Source: Isurus oxyrinchus (lineage: Eukaryota). Taken from it: DNA of 64,000 bases. A program made the position numbers and the translations under genes. Shown piece by piece: positions 1 through 13,188 of the stretch. The stretch covers positions 121,334,001-121,398,000 of the forward strand of contig JANJGN010000016.1 of assembly GCA_026770705.1 (NCBI GenBank), read 5' to 3'. The notes below the pieces were generated by a model. The model ran no database searches. It was given only the letters and a program-made list of their open reading frames with translations, and had not been told where the DNA came from. The stretch's first letter is position 1. Every line of letters starts with the position of its first letter.

Positions 1-586
1 CTTGGGGTTGCATTTTAACACGAGCGGCAGGAGCCAGACATCAAGGCCTTTTCCAGGTCTTGAGCCCGTGTGTGGCCAACTAGTAGGCCACCTCCATGTT
101 ACTGTCCAATTAGGGTCAATGGGTGGGCTGTGGAAGTGGGAGGGCCAATCAAGAGCTGGCGTGTGGGCGAGGCTGGCAGGAAGGGGCTGGACTAATTTTC
201 TTCATCTCCAGCACTCAGTGGCAGCGAGCTCCAAGTGAGACTGCTATAGTTGCAGGTCTCTGTCTACCTTTGACTGCAGGCTTTCCATTGTCTTCTCATG
301 TAAAGCCTGGAGCTACAGGGTCCTCCCACTGTATACCCACCTCCTGTGAGCTGGTGAGCCATGCACACTGCAGGTCTATCTCCAGGAAAATTGGTATGAA
401 GTGGAAAAATGCAGCCCGCTTACCTATTCACCTCCCCTAATTGACTTTCCACTAGTATTGGGCGTGATGCTGGTTCTGGGAAAAGTGAACAGGGGCGGGG
501 ACACATTGGTCACCTGCCTAACTTGTTTTTCCATTGCTTACCTGGTGCCTCCAAACCTGACTTCAAGATGCTGGGAAAATTCTGGC
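1..586. mobile_element. Harbinger-type MITE, right part (left end outside the window)
   Basis: GC-rich non-coding block ending GAAAATTCTGGC, matching the TIR family seen elsewhere in the window, with an abrupt switch to AT-rich DNA after it. Confidence 0.5.
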
Positions 587-1995
587 TTTGGTGATTTTTG
601 TGGGTTAAGGTGAAAGCCCGTTTCAAACAATGAACCCAGATAACTTTGGACATTTTGTTGAGATGGAAATATTACAGAAGAACTTCAGGAAAAAAACTGA
701 AATTTTTGAAAAGTTATAAATAAAAAAATAGGCGCTTTGGAGGATTTATTTCCTATTTTGCTCTTCCTTAGTGTTGATTTTGTTATTGTATTTAAACTGT
801 AGACAATAGATTTAGTGACTGGCAATTGGGAAAATATGTCGTGATCAATTCTGGGCTCATGACATATAATTGTACTGCTGATTTTAGTAGACTTGATTAC
901 AGTCTCCCAGGAGACACTGGTTAAATATTTTTAGAGACTGGAATAATTTCTCTCTCATCCCAATTCAAGGGAAAGATCAGGGCTTCACTAAATAGAGGTG
1001 AATGAATACAGTTTCAGAACTGTGGCTTATGTTTTAAAATTGAATTTGATGTCATTAATCTTCACAAAATTCACCCACACATCAATCTTATTTGATTGTC
1101 TTTTGCCATGTGCAGTAAGAGCATATTGGGTCCAGCTTGGCAACTGGAACTAGTATTCTCTGGAGTGACAGGATGTTTTCTTTTGCGTATTTTCAGAAAA
1201 TAAGTTGTGACTGCTCAAAATAACCATTTTGATTTGAGTTTAATACCAGGACCAGACCTTGGATATGTTTGACCCAGGATTTCCTGTGGCAGGTCAACAA
1301 ACTGTGCCTGTTGTTAGTTAGACTGACCCTTTGTCCATTTAACCTCAACAGTATTTTGCATTGCCAGTTGCTGGAAGCAGGAGATGGTCTGGTGCACAAA
1401 AACGGCAGGCAACTGGATCTCCTTAATCAAGACCATCAGCAGTCTCCTGTCAGCAGATTTCCACCAGTTGTTCTGCAGCTACTGGGGTAGCACTGCATTG
1501 AAGCACTATAGGACAGGCAAAACCACACACAACTCAGGCACTAAGGGAATGCAAAAGGGTGACATTTTAGTTTTGTACGTAATATTTTAAGAATTGTTGG
1601 ATAAAGTTGCTGTGGAATGATTTTTAATGGTGGCCTTTTTCAGGAATTTGACCAAGTGGATGCTGTGGTGATGCAGGAGGTGGATTGTGTAGGATCTGTG
1701 ATGTGGGGCTGACATCTCAGGGTGGTTAACGGTTGATTGGATGCCAAATCAGCATGAGAGACTGTTTGACGTCATGTTCCATGTACGCTGCATGTTTCTG
1801 GAGCACACGTGTCATGCTGGATGTCAGGATATGCTGTAGGTGGCTAAAAGTGTTCCGTCTGCCTTTTTTTGTGTTCTGGGCTTCCTTAGCACTGGCACCA
1901 GCTACACTGCAACCCCCCACCCACCCCCCACCCCCCGAGCCAGTGGGGCCTGCACATCCACCAAGGGCAAAATTCTGCCCCAAGTAACGGCTGAG

Positions 1996-3538
1996 GGCAC
2001 TGGATACTGCAAAGCCTATGTGCCCTGACAATATTCCAACAATAGTACTGAAGACTTGTGCTCCAGAACTTGCCGTGCCCCTAGCCAAGCTGTTCCAGTA
2101 CAGCTACAACACTGGCATCTACCCGGCTATATGGAAAATTGCCTAGGTATGTCCTGTACACAAAAAGCAGGACAAATCCAACCTGGCCAATTACCACCCT
2201 GTCAGTCTACTCTCGATCATCAGTAAAGTGATGGAAGGGGTCATCAACAGTGCTATCACTGTTGCTTAGCGATAACTGACGCTCAGTTTGGGTTCTGCCA
2301 GGGCTACTCAGTTCCTGACCTCATTACAGCCTTGGTTCAAACATGGACAAATAGCTGAACTCCTGAGGTGAGTTGAGGGTGACTGTACTTGACATCAAGG
2401 CAGCATTTGACCATGTGTGGCATCAAGGAGCCCTAGCAAAACTGGAGTCAATGGGAATTGGAGAAAACTCTCCGCTGATTGGAATCATACCTAGCACAAA
2501 GGAAGATGATTGTGGTTGTTGGAGGTCAGTCAGCTCAGCTCCAGGACATCACTGCAGGAGTCCCTCAGTGTTGTGTCCTCGGCCCAACCATCTTCAGCTG
2601 CTTCATCAATGACCTTCATCCCATCAGAAGGTCAGAAGTGGGGATGCTCGCTAATGATTGCACAATGTTCACACCAGTTGGGACTCCTCAGATACTGAAG
2701 CAGTCCATGTCCAAGTGCATCAAGACCTGGACGATATCTAGGCTTGGGCTGACAAGTGGCAAGTAACATTCACGTCACACATGTGCCAGGCAATGACACT
2801 CTCCAACAAGAGAGAATCTAACCATCACCCCTTGACATTCAATAGCATTATCATCACCGAATCCCCCACTATCAGCCTCCTGGAGCTTACCATTGACCAG
2901 AAACGGAACTTGACAAGCCATATAAATACCATGGCTACAAGAGCAGGTTCAGAGGCTAAGAATCTTGTAGTGAGTAACTCACTCTTGACTCTCCAAAGCC
3001 TGTCCACCATTTACAAGGCACAAGTCAGGAGTGTGATGGAATACTCCCCACATGCATGGATGAGTGCAGCTCCCACAACATTCAAGAAGCTCGACACCAT
3101 CCAGGACAAAACAGCCCACTTGATTGGCACCCCATCTACAAAATTCACTCCCTCCACCACTGATGCACAGTAGTAGTAGTGTGTACAATCTACAAGATGC
3201 ATGCAGGAATTCACCAAGGCTCCTTAGACAGCACCTTCCAAACCCATGACCACTACCATCTAGAAGGACAAGGGCAGCAGATAGATGGGAACACCACCAC
3301 CTGTAAGTTTCCCTCCAAGCCATTCACCATCCTGAATTGGAACCATATCACTGTTCCTTCACTGTCACTGGGTCAAAATCCTGGAACACTCTCCCTAACA
3401 TCACTGTGGGTGTACCTACACCACATGGACTGCAGCAGTTCAAGAAGGCAGCTCAGCACCACCTTCTCAAGGGCAATTCGTGAAGGGCAATAAATGCTGG
3501 CCTCACCAGGGATGCTCACATTACGTGAATAAAAAAAA
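1996..3538 (+). mobile_element. 5'-truncated non-LTR retrotransposon (CR1/L2 group), RT region and 3' tail, inactivated
   Basis: Fragmented RT motifs: LDIKAAFDHVWH, GVPQCCVLGP, LANDC (YADD-like), IYKAQVRSVMEY. 3' tail AAGGGCAATAAATGCTGGCC followed by an A-run at ~3531-3538. Confidence 0.9.
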
Positions 3539-4309
3539 CCAATGGAGGCCAGCTTCGCTTGTGGTTCTTGGATTTGGATGGTTCTCTCTCTCAGTTTGTT
3601 GCTAAGTAGCTGCTCCCTCAGGCTCTAACTTTGTTCCTCTGCTTTGATGGTAAAAGCACTTTTATTAAAGTGTTCAGCTGAGGACTGTCAAGCAGCCTTA
3701 AACTAATCAGGGGGCTTGAAAGCAAGCAACAAGACATCATTTAAGTGACTCAAATATTTGCTTTTGTAGCATCACAATAACAAGCCATAATTAGGACACT
3801 AAAACACATCAAAATTGTCACTGAGGATTTCGAATTTTATCATTCATATCATTTAATAATTTTAGTAAAACTGGTGGTGCAAGAAGTGAATTTATATGGC
3901 ATCCCAAGTTAGAACTTGCTTAAAAACTGAAAAGGAAAAAGGAGATTGATTTAAAAAATGTTGATGATGGAATTTATCATATAATTGCAGTGAATGTAGC
4001 AAGGTAGTTTATAAGTCAGCAAGCTGTTCTGTACAATTTGTTCTCCGATTATGGGCAGTCAGTGTTTCAATTTAATAGAGGTTGCAAAATCCAGGAGCAA
4101 CATTTTTGATGTGGCATTTACAATGTTTACGAAAGGCCTGTTATTCATTAAAACATCCATTTTCATGAAGAGATGAGGAAGCTCTTTACTTTCCCTGCAC
4201 GTGCCATGCAGTAACTCTCATTTATGGTTTAAGAAGAATGGGTGATCTTGCTTTTTGCAGCAGCAGTGAGATATCAAACACTGCCACTTCAGTGTCTGCG
4301 TTACCAGCA

Positions 4310-4745
4310 GCAATGCCAGTCTATCAAGAAAGGTAAGAATTCAAACTGTTCAATCACGTTCCAGCATGTAGTAACTTGTTATTAGAGATTTTTAAATTAT
4401 TTACTTCTTACTTTCCCTTCCTGTCTTGTTTTTCTCTCTCTCCTAATCCAATCCTTCTTTCCCTGTCTTTATTTCTCTTCTCTACCTGATATGATTCCAG
4501 TTCAGCCTATCCATTGTTCCCTGGCTCCTCTGGTTCGTCCTCAATCCATAAATCCTAATGGTTAAGGAGAAGGACCATTGAGCCAGCATTCACCAAGGCC
4601 TCAGGTGTCTCCTCATCTTGCTGTGTTGCTATCGGCTCACACCTCCAGCAAATTCAGCGCCAAAACACTTTGAGCTGAAGAGTGCAAGAAAGTGTCTAAT
4701 GAATGGCTCACACCATTAGATACCTGGCTTCAGAAAATTTTGACC
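4310..4745. mobile_element. Old non-autonomous repeat; paralog of the element interrupted at 31685
   Basis: Pyrimidine tract plus TTAAGGAGAAGGACCATTGAGCCAGCATTCACCAAGG aligns with the joined flanks 31540-31684 and 36790-36930. Ends in a TIR-like AAAATTTTGACC. Confidence 0.6.
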
Positions 4746-4809
4746 TTTTGAAAAATAAATGAAATGGCTGCTTTTGCTTAAACTTTTTCATCCTTCAGGA
4801 ATTGATTCT

Positions 4810-7800
4810 TGCTCTATTACAGGAAAAGAAGCTGGTTAATTGGTGAGTATCTGGTAAATGATTACATTTTATTCTAAATCTAAGGCTCAAAATAGGATAT
4901 TTTCAGCGACAGGTGAGCGGAAGAGGATAAAAGGCGCAGATTGCTGGGTTGCTGCTGCAGCATGTGGGTCCTCCTGGATACCATGAGCAAACACATCTGT
5001 AGTAAATATTTGCAGCTTGAGGAACTTTAGATCCATGTTGAGGAGCTGGAGTCCAAGCTGCAGACATTGAGCCACATCAGGGAGGGGGAAAGTTACCTGG
5101 ACACTTTGCTCCACGAGGCGTTCACACCCCTCAGATTAGATAATTCAACTTTTGCCTGTGATGAGAGACAGGAAGGTGTGGCTGCAGGTGAAGCAGGTAT
5201 GGGGACCCAGGGGGTAACTTTCGAGGAGCCTCAGCCCCTGCAATTGTCCAATAATTACGAGGTTCTTGCAAGCTGGGTGGACGAGAGTAGGGACGGCAGG
5301 GAGGATGAATGAACTGACCATGGTACTGAGGCACAGGGAGCCATTCAAGTGGGAGGAGGATATGGGAACGTAATAGTGGCAGGGAACAGTATAATTAGGG
5401 GATAGATACTGACCTCTGAAGCCATGAGGGTAAGTCCTGAATGCTGTGTTGCCTGCCTGGTACCAGGGTTAAGGACATCTCCTCAGGGCTGGAGAGGAAC
5501 TTGGAGTGAGAGGAGAGGGATCCAGTTGTCGTTGTCCAAGTTGGTACCAGTGACATTGATAGGACTAGAAAGGAGGTTCTGCTGAAAGAATTTGAACAGT
5601 TCGGAACTAAATTAAAAATCAGAACCTCCAATCTTGGGATTACTACCTGAACCACGGGCAAACTGGCATAGGGTAATTAAAGTCAAGACGTTAAATGCTT
5701 GGCTCAAAGATTGGTGTGGGAGGAATGGGTTTCAGTTCATGGGCACTGGTACTAGTACTGGGGTAGAAAGGAGCTGTTCTGGTAGGAAGGGCTTCACTTG
5801 AACTGTGCTGGCGAATCAATGACCTAGGTCTGTACAAAGGGCTTTAAACTAAATAGAGGGGGAGAGGGTTCTGGAGAGGAGATACATAGGCTTACAAAGC
5901 AAAAGCGTATGGCAGCCTTGCAGAGCAGCTATTTAGTTAATGATGCCCAGTGTATGACAGGAAGGGACAGAATGTACAAACATAAAAAAAAGCAGCAAAT
6001 AGGGTCAAAGGGGGAAAAATGGTAAAAAAGCAAAATTAATGGCTCTTTACTTAAATGCACATAGTATTCAAAACAAAATAAATAAATTAACGGCACAAAT
6101 AGATGTTAATGGGTATGATCTTATAGCCATAATCTTACAGAGACATGATTACAAAGAGAACAAAACTGGAAACTAAATTTCAGGGGTATGTGAATTTTCA
6201 GTAGGACAGGCAAGAAGGAAAGGGTGGTGGGATAGCTTTGTTAGTACGAGATGGAGTAAGTACGATAGCAAGAAATGATCTTGGATCGGAAGATATAAAA
6301 TCCATATGGGTGGAGGTAAGAAATAACAAGGGGAAGAAGACACTGGTGGGAGTAGTCTTTAGGCCCCCTAACAGTAGCTATACTGTAGGTCAGAGAATAA
6401 ATCAGGAGATAATGAGGGCATGTAAAAAAGGCAGTACATTAATCATGGGTGACTTTAATCTTCATGTAGATTGGGAATATCAAATTGGCAGATGTAGCTA
6501 CCAGCAAGAATTCATAGAGTGTATTTGGGACAATTTCCTAGAACAATGTGTTTTGGATCCAAACAGGGATCAGGCTATTTTGGATCTGGTAATGCGTAAG
6601 GATGCAGGTTTAATAAATGATCTCAGAGTAAAAGATCCCCTAGGAAACAGTGACCATAACATGGTAGAATTTAGCATTCAGTTTGAAAATTAGAAACTTG
6701 GGTCAGAAACAATGTGCTAAACTTAAATAAGGGTAATTACAAATGAATGAGGGCAGAGTTGGCTGGAGTGGACTGGGAAAGGAGTTTAGCAGAAAAGATG
6801 GTTGATGAACAATGACAGACATTTAAGAAAATAGTTCATGACTCAAAACAAAGACATAACCCAATGAGGAAGAAGGATTTTAGGAAAGGGATAAACCAGC
6901 CATGGTTAACTAAGGAAGTTAAAGATAGTATCAAATTGAAAGAAAATAAAAAACATAAAATATGGCAAAGATTAGTGATAAGCCAGAGGACTTGGGAAGT
7001 TTTAAAAACCAACAAAAGATAACCAAAAAATAATAAAGAGGGAGAAAATAAACTTTGAGGGTAAACTAGCAAGTATTATAAAATGGACAATAAGAGCTTC
7101 TTTAAATATATAAAAAGGAAGAGAGAGGCCAAAGTGAACATAGGCCCCTTAGAGAATGAGGTTGGGGAAATAATAATGGGGAACCAGGAAATGGCAGAGG
7201 AGTTGAATAAATACTTTGCTTTAGCCTTCACGGTAGAAGACACTTCATTCCATAAAAGCTAAAATGGAAGGCATTCCATAAATACTCAATAATCAAGGGG
7301 CAACTGAGGGGGTGGGGGTGGGTGGGAGGAAATACATACAGTAACTATCATTAGAGAAAAAGCACTAGGGAAACTAATGGGGCTAAAAGCTGACTGGTCC
7401 CCTCGACCTGATCCAAGGATATTAAAGGAAGTAACTGTAGAGTTAGTGGATGCACTGGTAATAATCTTCCAAGAATCTTTAGATTCTGGAAAAGTCCCAG
7501 AGGATTGAAAAACTGCCAATGTAACAGCCTTATTCAAAAAGAACAGGTAACTATAGGCCAGTTAGTTTAACACCTGTCATTGGGGAAATCTTAGGGTCTA
7601 TTATAAAGGATATAATAGCAGAGCATTTAGAAATGCATAATATAATCCAGCAGAGTCAGCATGGCTTCATGAAGGGAAAATCATGCCTGACAAATTTATT
7701 AGACTTCTTTCAGGAGGTAACAAGTAGGATAGATAAAGGGGAATCAGTAGATATAATATATTTGGATTTCCAAAAGGTGTTCGATAAGGTACCACACATA

Positions 7801-8950
7801 AGGCTATTTAATAAGATACGAGCCCTTGGTGTTGGGGTAGTACATTGGCATGGATAGAGGATTGGCTAATGAATAGAAGACAGAGAGTTGGGATAAGGGG
7901 GGCATTTTCAGGATGGCAACTTATAACTGAAGTGCCACAGGGATCAGTGCTGGAGCCACAATTATTTACAATATATATTAATGACTTGGATGAGGGAAGT
8001 GAATGTACTATCTCCAATTTTGTGGGTGACACAAAAATAGGTGGGAAGGCAATTAGTGAGGATGACACAAAGGGGTCTACAGAGGGATATAGAGAGGGTA
8101 AGTGAGTGGGCAAAAACTTAGTAGGTGGAATATAATGTGGGAGAATGTGAGGTTATGCACTTTGATAGGAAATATAGAGGAGCTGAATATTATTTAATTG
8201 AGACAGACTGCAGAAAGCTGCAGCACAGAGGGATTTGGGGGACCTTGTGAATGAATCACAAAAGCTAGCATACAAGTTCAGCAGGTCATAAGGAAGGCAA
8301 ATGGAATGTTAGCCTTTATTTCAAAGGGAATGGATTATAAAAATAGGGAAGCTTTGCTAAAACTATACAAGGCACTAGTTAGACCACACCTAGAACACAG
8401 TGAATAGTTTTGGTCACCTGAACTAAGGAAAGCTATACGTGCATTGCAGGCAGTCCAGGAAGGTTTACTTGGTTGATCCCGGGTATGGAAGGATTTTCTT
8501 ATAAGGGGAGGTTGAGTGGGCTGGGCCTGTGCTCATTGGAGTTTAGATGCATGAGAGGTGGCCTTATTGAAACATATAAGATTCTTAGGGGGCTTGATAG
8601 GGTAGATGCTGAGAGGTTGTTTCCCCTTGAGAGAGACTCTAGGACCAGGGGGCATAATCTCATAGTAAGGGGGCACCCATTTAAGACTGAGATGAGGAGG
8701 AATTTCTTCTCTCAGAGGGATGTGAATCTGTGGAATTCTTTACCTCAGGGGGCTGTAGAGGCTGGGTCGTTAAGTATATTCAAGGCTGAGATGGACAGAT
8801 TTTTAATCAGTAAGGGAATCAAGGGTTATGGGGCAAAGGCAGGAAAATGGAATTGAGGATTTTCAGATCCGCCATGACCTCATTGAATGGCAGAGCAGGC
8901 TCGATGGGCTGAATGGCCTACTTCTGCTCCTATGTCTTATGGTCTCATGG
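4810..8950 (+). mobile_element. Near full-length CR1 LINE (ORF1 esterase-like; ORF2 APE endonuclease plus RT), multiply disrupted
   Basis: ORF1 remnants (CCLPGTRVKD, VVVVQVGTSD) resemble the SGNH esterase of CR1 ORF1. APE motifs FRPPN, MGDFN, LGNSDH. RT motifs QHGFMKGKSCLTNL, YLDFQKVFDKVPH, VPQGSVL. 3' end CCTATGTCTTATGGTCTC. Confidence 0.93.
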
Positions 8951-10093
8951 AGGTAAATATGTGCTCTCCTGAAGTTCACCAGTTGAAAGTGGCCAGCTAC
9001 TGTGCTAAGCCTGTTAGCCAGTGGGTCCTGGACAGAGTGGGAGAAGAATTAATTTGGACAGGGGTGAGTATAGACTGGTAGTTCTTTGGAGCAGTAAGAG
9101 CACTGCTCCTTTTGGCCCCACAGAAGTAAAAGATAAGGAAGCTTGGATCCCTTTTGTGGAGGATCCACCAGAGGTTCTTGAAAAGACTCTTAATTAGGCC
9201 ATTCATTGCCTGTTATAAATGGGCAAAATGTATGCATTTTGTAGTTCAAAAATTGCCATCAGTGTCTTACAGTAAGGTAGAATCCTCAATTGCTCATTTT
9301 AACAGCCCACGGCCCAAAACAGATGGGCATGTTGCACAACTATTTAGAGGCCCTGAGTGTGCAATGAACATCCAAGGACCACACAGAACCTTGACTTTCC
9401 GCTGCTGGCACCTGTCTTTAGGTGGGAAATGAACAGTTGGCATCTGAGACTATATTATTGGAGAACATATACAGATATGGATGGAGATGCAAATTATTCT
9501 TCATTCATATAATGATTTGAATATAGGCTTAAGAGGGATGCTTTCACTGTCCGCTTAATACACCAAAGTTAGCAGGGGGAAGAGGGATGGGAAATTGCAA
9601 ACACGCAGTAATGCAGAATACTGAAGAGAGTGATAGATGGATTATTGGAGTGGGCTTAGTGATACATGCAGTTCAATCCAGTGGAATGTGAAGTTGTGTG
9701 TTTTGGGATGTAGTGTATGTTAAATGTCAAGATCCTTAATAAAGAGGAGACAAGGGTAGATCCTGTAGTACAGCTTCATTGGCCCGGAACTTGTGCTTCC
9801 TGTACCAATGGTGCAAGTGCAAATGCAAGCAGAGGGAGCGGAAATTCTGAATTTTCATATCTGCACATAGCATCTGTGCTAGTTTTCCACCTTGTGTAGT
9901 GAGCTGCTTTGATCCTTGCTGCAAGCTCGTGGATAAAAAGAAGAGTGCAATTAAGGCTGTTCAGACATAGTCCCAGGAAGCGATTTATCACATCTCTTAA
10001 AGGTGTATAACCTACCAATTAGCAAATATAAACTCATTTACATTGTTAATTTGTGTCTTTTTTGGTCTGTTGGATTGATTTTGAAGCATTTTC

Positions 10094-10386
10094 TGTTCTA
10101 TGATATTGTATGTGCCTGCATGCCAGTGTAATGTATAGGTGCTTGGCAGAGGAAAGGTTAACATCGGACTGGAGAATAGCACTGTCCACCGTATGATGTG
10201 TAGAATCACATGGTAATAGACTCAGAGAGAGAGAGCATTCTATGAACAGTCTACCTGCAAGGAGGCAGCACCATGCATGACATTAACTGGGGTCTATACA
10301 TAGGTAAAGATTAACAATAAATGGTTCATGTTTAAACATGCAAATCTTAAGACATCATTGTGAAACATCAAACAACCCATGCAACA
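10094..10386 (+). repeat. LTR-like direct repeat, copy 1 (293 bp)
   Basis: Starts TGTT and ends AACA, has an internal AATAAA, is followed by PBS-like TGGTTATCAACGGTG, and is colinear with 12896-13188. Confidence 0.8.
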
Positions 10387-10617
10387 TGGTTATCAACGGT
10401 GATATGAAAAGTGACATTTTAAATGGTGAACTCAGTACAGAATCCCCAGATATGAAAATCTCTGAAGCCTGACTTGAGAGACATGTGCCTAAGAAGAAAA
10501 ATTAAATAAACAAATGAAGGCGCTTTGCTACAGGCTTAGAAGTTGAGGAATCCACTAGAGTGAGTGGAATTCCATTGCAAGGCCCCTGAGTGTCACAGAG
10601 TAAAAAGAAAAAAAAAC

Positions 10618-10770
10618 CTGGTCAGATCACAAAGACAGGTGAGCATATGCACAAAAAATTGCAAGATCCTGAGTGATGCAGTGTAAAGAATACTGGTCAG
10701 TTCACAAAACAGTGAGTAAAAACACAAAAAATTGCAAGACCCTGAGTGATGCACAGTCAAAGAGCCTGGG
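10618..10770 (+). repeat. Two tandem copies of a ~75-bp unit in the leader of the LTR-bounded element
   Basis: CACAAAAAATTGCAAGA(T/C)CCTGAGTGATGCA occurs at ~10650 and ~10723, each preceded by TGGTCAG(A/T)TCACAAA. Confidence 0.75.
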
Positions 10771-10979
10771 CCGTTCATAAGCCAGTTAGCAAAAAGTACA
10801 AAAAAGAAGCTGTACTTACAATACTTACAGAATTAACAGTCTTGAATGTTTAAAAGTAAAAAAAAAGCACAGAAAAAAAGTTTAAATGTTAAAAAAAATG
10901 AAGCAGCCAATTTCCATAGCGCATACCAAAAGTGCAGGAAGCTCACAACAAAGAAAATCAACATGCTTCAGACAACCTA

Positions 10980-12560
10980 AATGAAAAAAATGGCTACTGC
11001 ACAGATAGCCTTAAAAGGGCAACAACATTTAAAGCTGTAACTACAAGAAAAAAATGGCCATGGACAAAAAATTATAAAAGACGCGAGAGATAAAACAAAA
11101 GACACCTTTGAGGTGTTGACAGAAAGCCTCAGAGAGAGGGAAACAAGACTCCAGAGCAACGGAGGTAGATGACATTGCGGTGTTAGCAGATGGCTAAAAA
11201 TGAAGGAGAACTTTCTGAGGTAACTCAAAAGAAGCAAAACATACAAAAAGTAAATGAAACTATTATACAGGAAAATGTTCGCATCATAGCTGAACTGGAA
11301 GATTTGAAGCACAAGATTCAAGCTGAGTATATACCTTTGAAAATGCACGATAAACTGAATTCATCAATGAACCAAGCTGTTCAAGACCTGAACAAACAAA
11401 TTCCAGAGATAACAGAGAGGTGTCAGGAGGAAATAATGACACCAATAATGTGGAAATAATTCCACACTGAGCAAATCAAAGCAGGAGTTGAGAAAATGCC
11501 ACCAGTTGTATAGCCAGGTAAATCAGCAGGCAAAAAAGGCATGCAAAGAAGTTGTGATCCTGAAAGACTCCTTGAAGAATCAATATGTAGCCATGGAACA
11601 ACATGAGGAGCTAAAAGGTATTTTGAATATTACTTCAGAAAAAGCTGCATTGGAATTATCAGTGGCAGGGAAACCATGTCCTGAAGCCCAGAGTGAGTGA
11701 GTTGGCAAGAGGTCAACAAGAAAATAAACAGTTGGAAGAACAGTTGATTATTCTTCAAGATCAAATGCAAAGAGAATGGGTAACCATTTAGCAACATGAA
11801 GAAATGAAGGCTTTCTTAAACAGCAGAATGGAAACATAGCAGAAGAAACCCGAGGAGGCTATGCTGAAATACAGGAAAACTCAAGACGAAGCAATTGAGT
11901 TTCATAAAGAAAAGGAGAACCTGTTGAAAAATCTTCACAGGCCACAAAGGCACCTCAATCAAACTTTGTTCTTCTGGAAAATTATGAAGAGAAGCAAAAT
12001 TAACTTAATGTCATTCCGAATAAACGGAAGAACCAGTTGGCAGAGAAAACTCAGCAATGTTTCATAATCCAGGAGGAAGCCAAAAGCTACAAGAAACAGA
12101 CAGAAGAGCTGAAGAAGCAGTTGAATGGCAAGGAGGAAGCATTGAAAGGAAAAGCAGTAGAACTTTTCAACCTGTGAGTGGATAATGAAGCCATGAGTAG
12201 CACAATTACAGAACTGAAACAAGTTAAGACTTCACTGGAGATGGACCTGGCCAACAGTGAAACCAAAACAAAGGACAAGGACAAAGGTCTGCTGTAGACA
12301 GAGAAAGAAAAGACAGAATTGAGATTGGGAAATGTAAATCTGATACTGAAGTGCCAGTAAGTAAAAGAAGGAAAAGCACTGGATGTCTCAGACGTGCTGA
12401 GAAACATTGAGCTGAATGAAGAGATTCATAAGCTTGCAAAATGGTTTGAAAATAAAATAGCAAACAACTGTTTGGCTGAAATTGTGAAACAAGTTGAAAT
12501 GAAGGTTCCATCTGCAGAATGTATACATCCAGCAGGAACATGTCAGAAAATTTAAGTCTG
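10980..12560 (+). pseudogene. Decayed intronless coiled-coil coding sequence, RAI14/UACA/ANKRD24/ANKRD35-like
   Basis: Serial E/K/Q-rich ORF fragments (EYIPLKMHDKLNSSMNQAVQDLNKQI; EVVILKDSLKNQYVAMEQHEELK; KYRKTQDEAIEFHKEKE) recall the repeats of this family. Many stops and frameshifts. Family assignment is from memory only. Confidence 0.6.
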
Positions 12561-12895
12561 CTCTGTGAATTCCCACATTCCCTGTGGAAGGTTCAGGACA
12601 AACCCACAGTGTCCAAGAAAAGCAGGCGGGTTGTTAATAAAGAGAAACACAACACGAAGGAGCGCAAAAAGTGCATTAAATTGAGATAACCAAGCGTGAG
12701 GAACACAAAGTACTACTACCATTCCTCCAAACATAACAAACTGAGATGTGGAAGAACTGCCAAGCCTCAAGACATCTGAGTTCATAAAGTCTGAGACATG
12801 AGGTGGGGGAGAAGGGATAGCAAGTAAAGATTATATTATAAACAATTATACTCCATTTGAAGGGAGGAAAGATTTCTTTTGAGAAGAAAAAGGGA

Positions 12896-13188
12896 TGTTG
12901 TATGATGTTGTACCTGTCTGCGTGCCATTGTAATTTAAAGGTGCTTGGCTGAGCAAGGGTTAACTTGGGACTGGAGAATTGCACCATCCATGATATGATG
13001 TATCGAGTCACATGATAATGGATCTGAGAGAACACTCTAGAAGCAGCCTACCTGCATGTAGGCAGCACCATGTATAACATTAACTGGGATCTGTACACAG
13101 TTAAAGATTAAGAATAAATGGTTCATGTTTAAACATACAACTCTCACGATCTCATCACTAAGACATCAAATGAACCCATAACACAACA
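12896..13188 (+). repeat. LTR-like direct repeat, copy 2 (293 bp)
   Basis: Starts TGTT and ends AACA. Directly preceded by polypurine tract GAGAAGAAAAAGGGA (12881-12895). Colinear with copy 1. Confidence 0.8.

Noticed and set aside
10980-12560. Functional large exon of a host coiled-coil gene
   Set aside because: Numerous stops and frameshifts, no neighbouring exons, bounded by LTR-like repeats.
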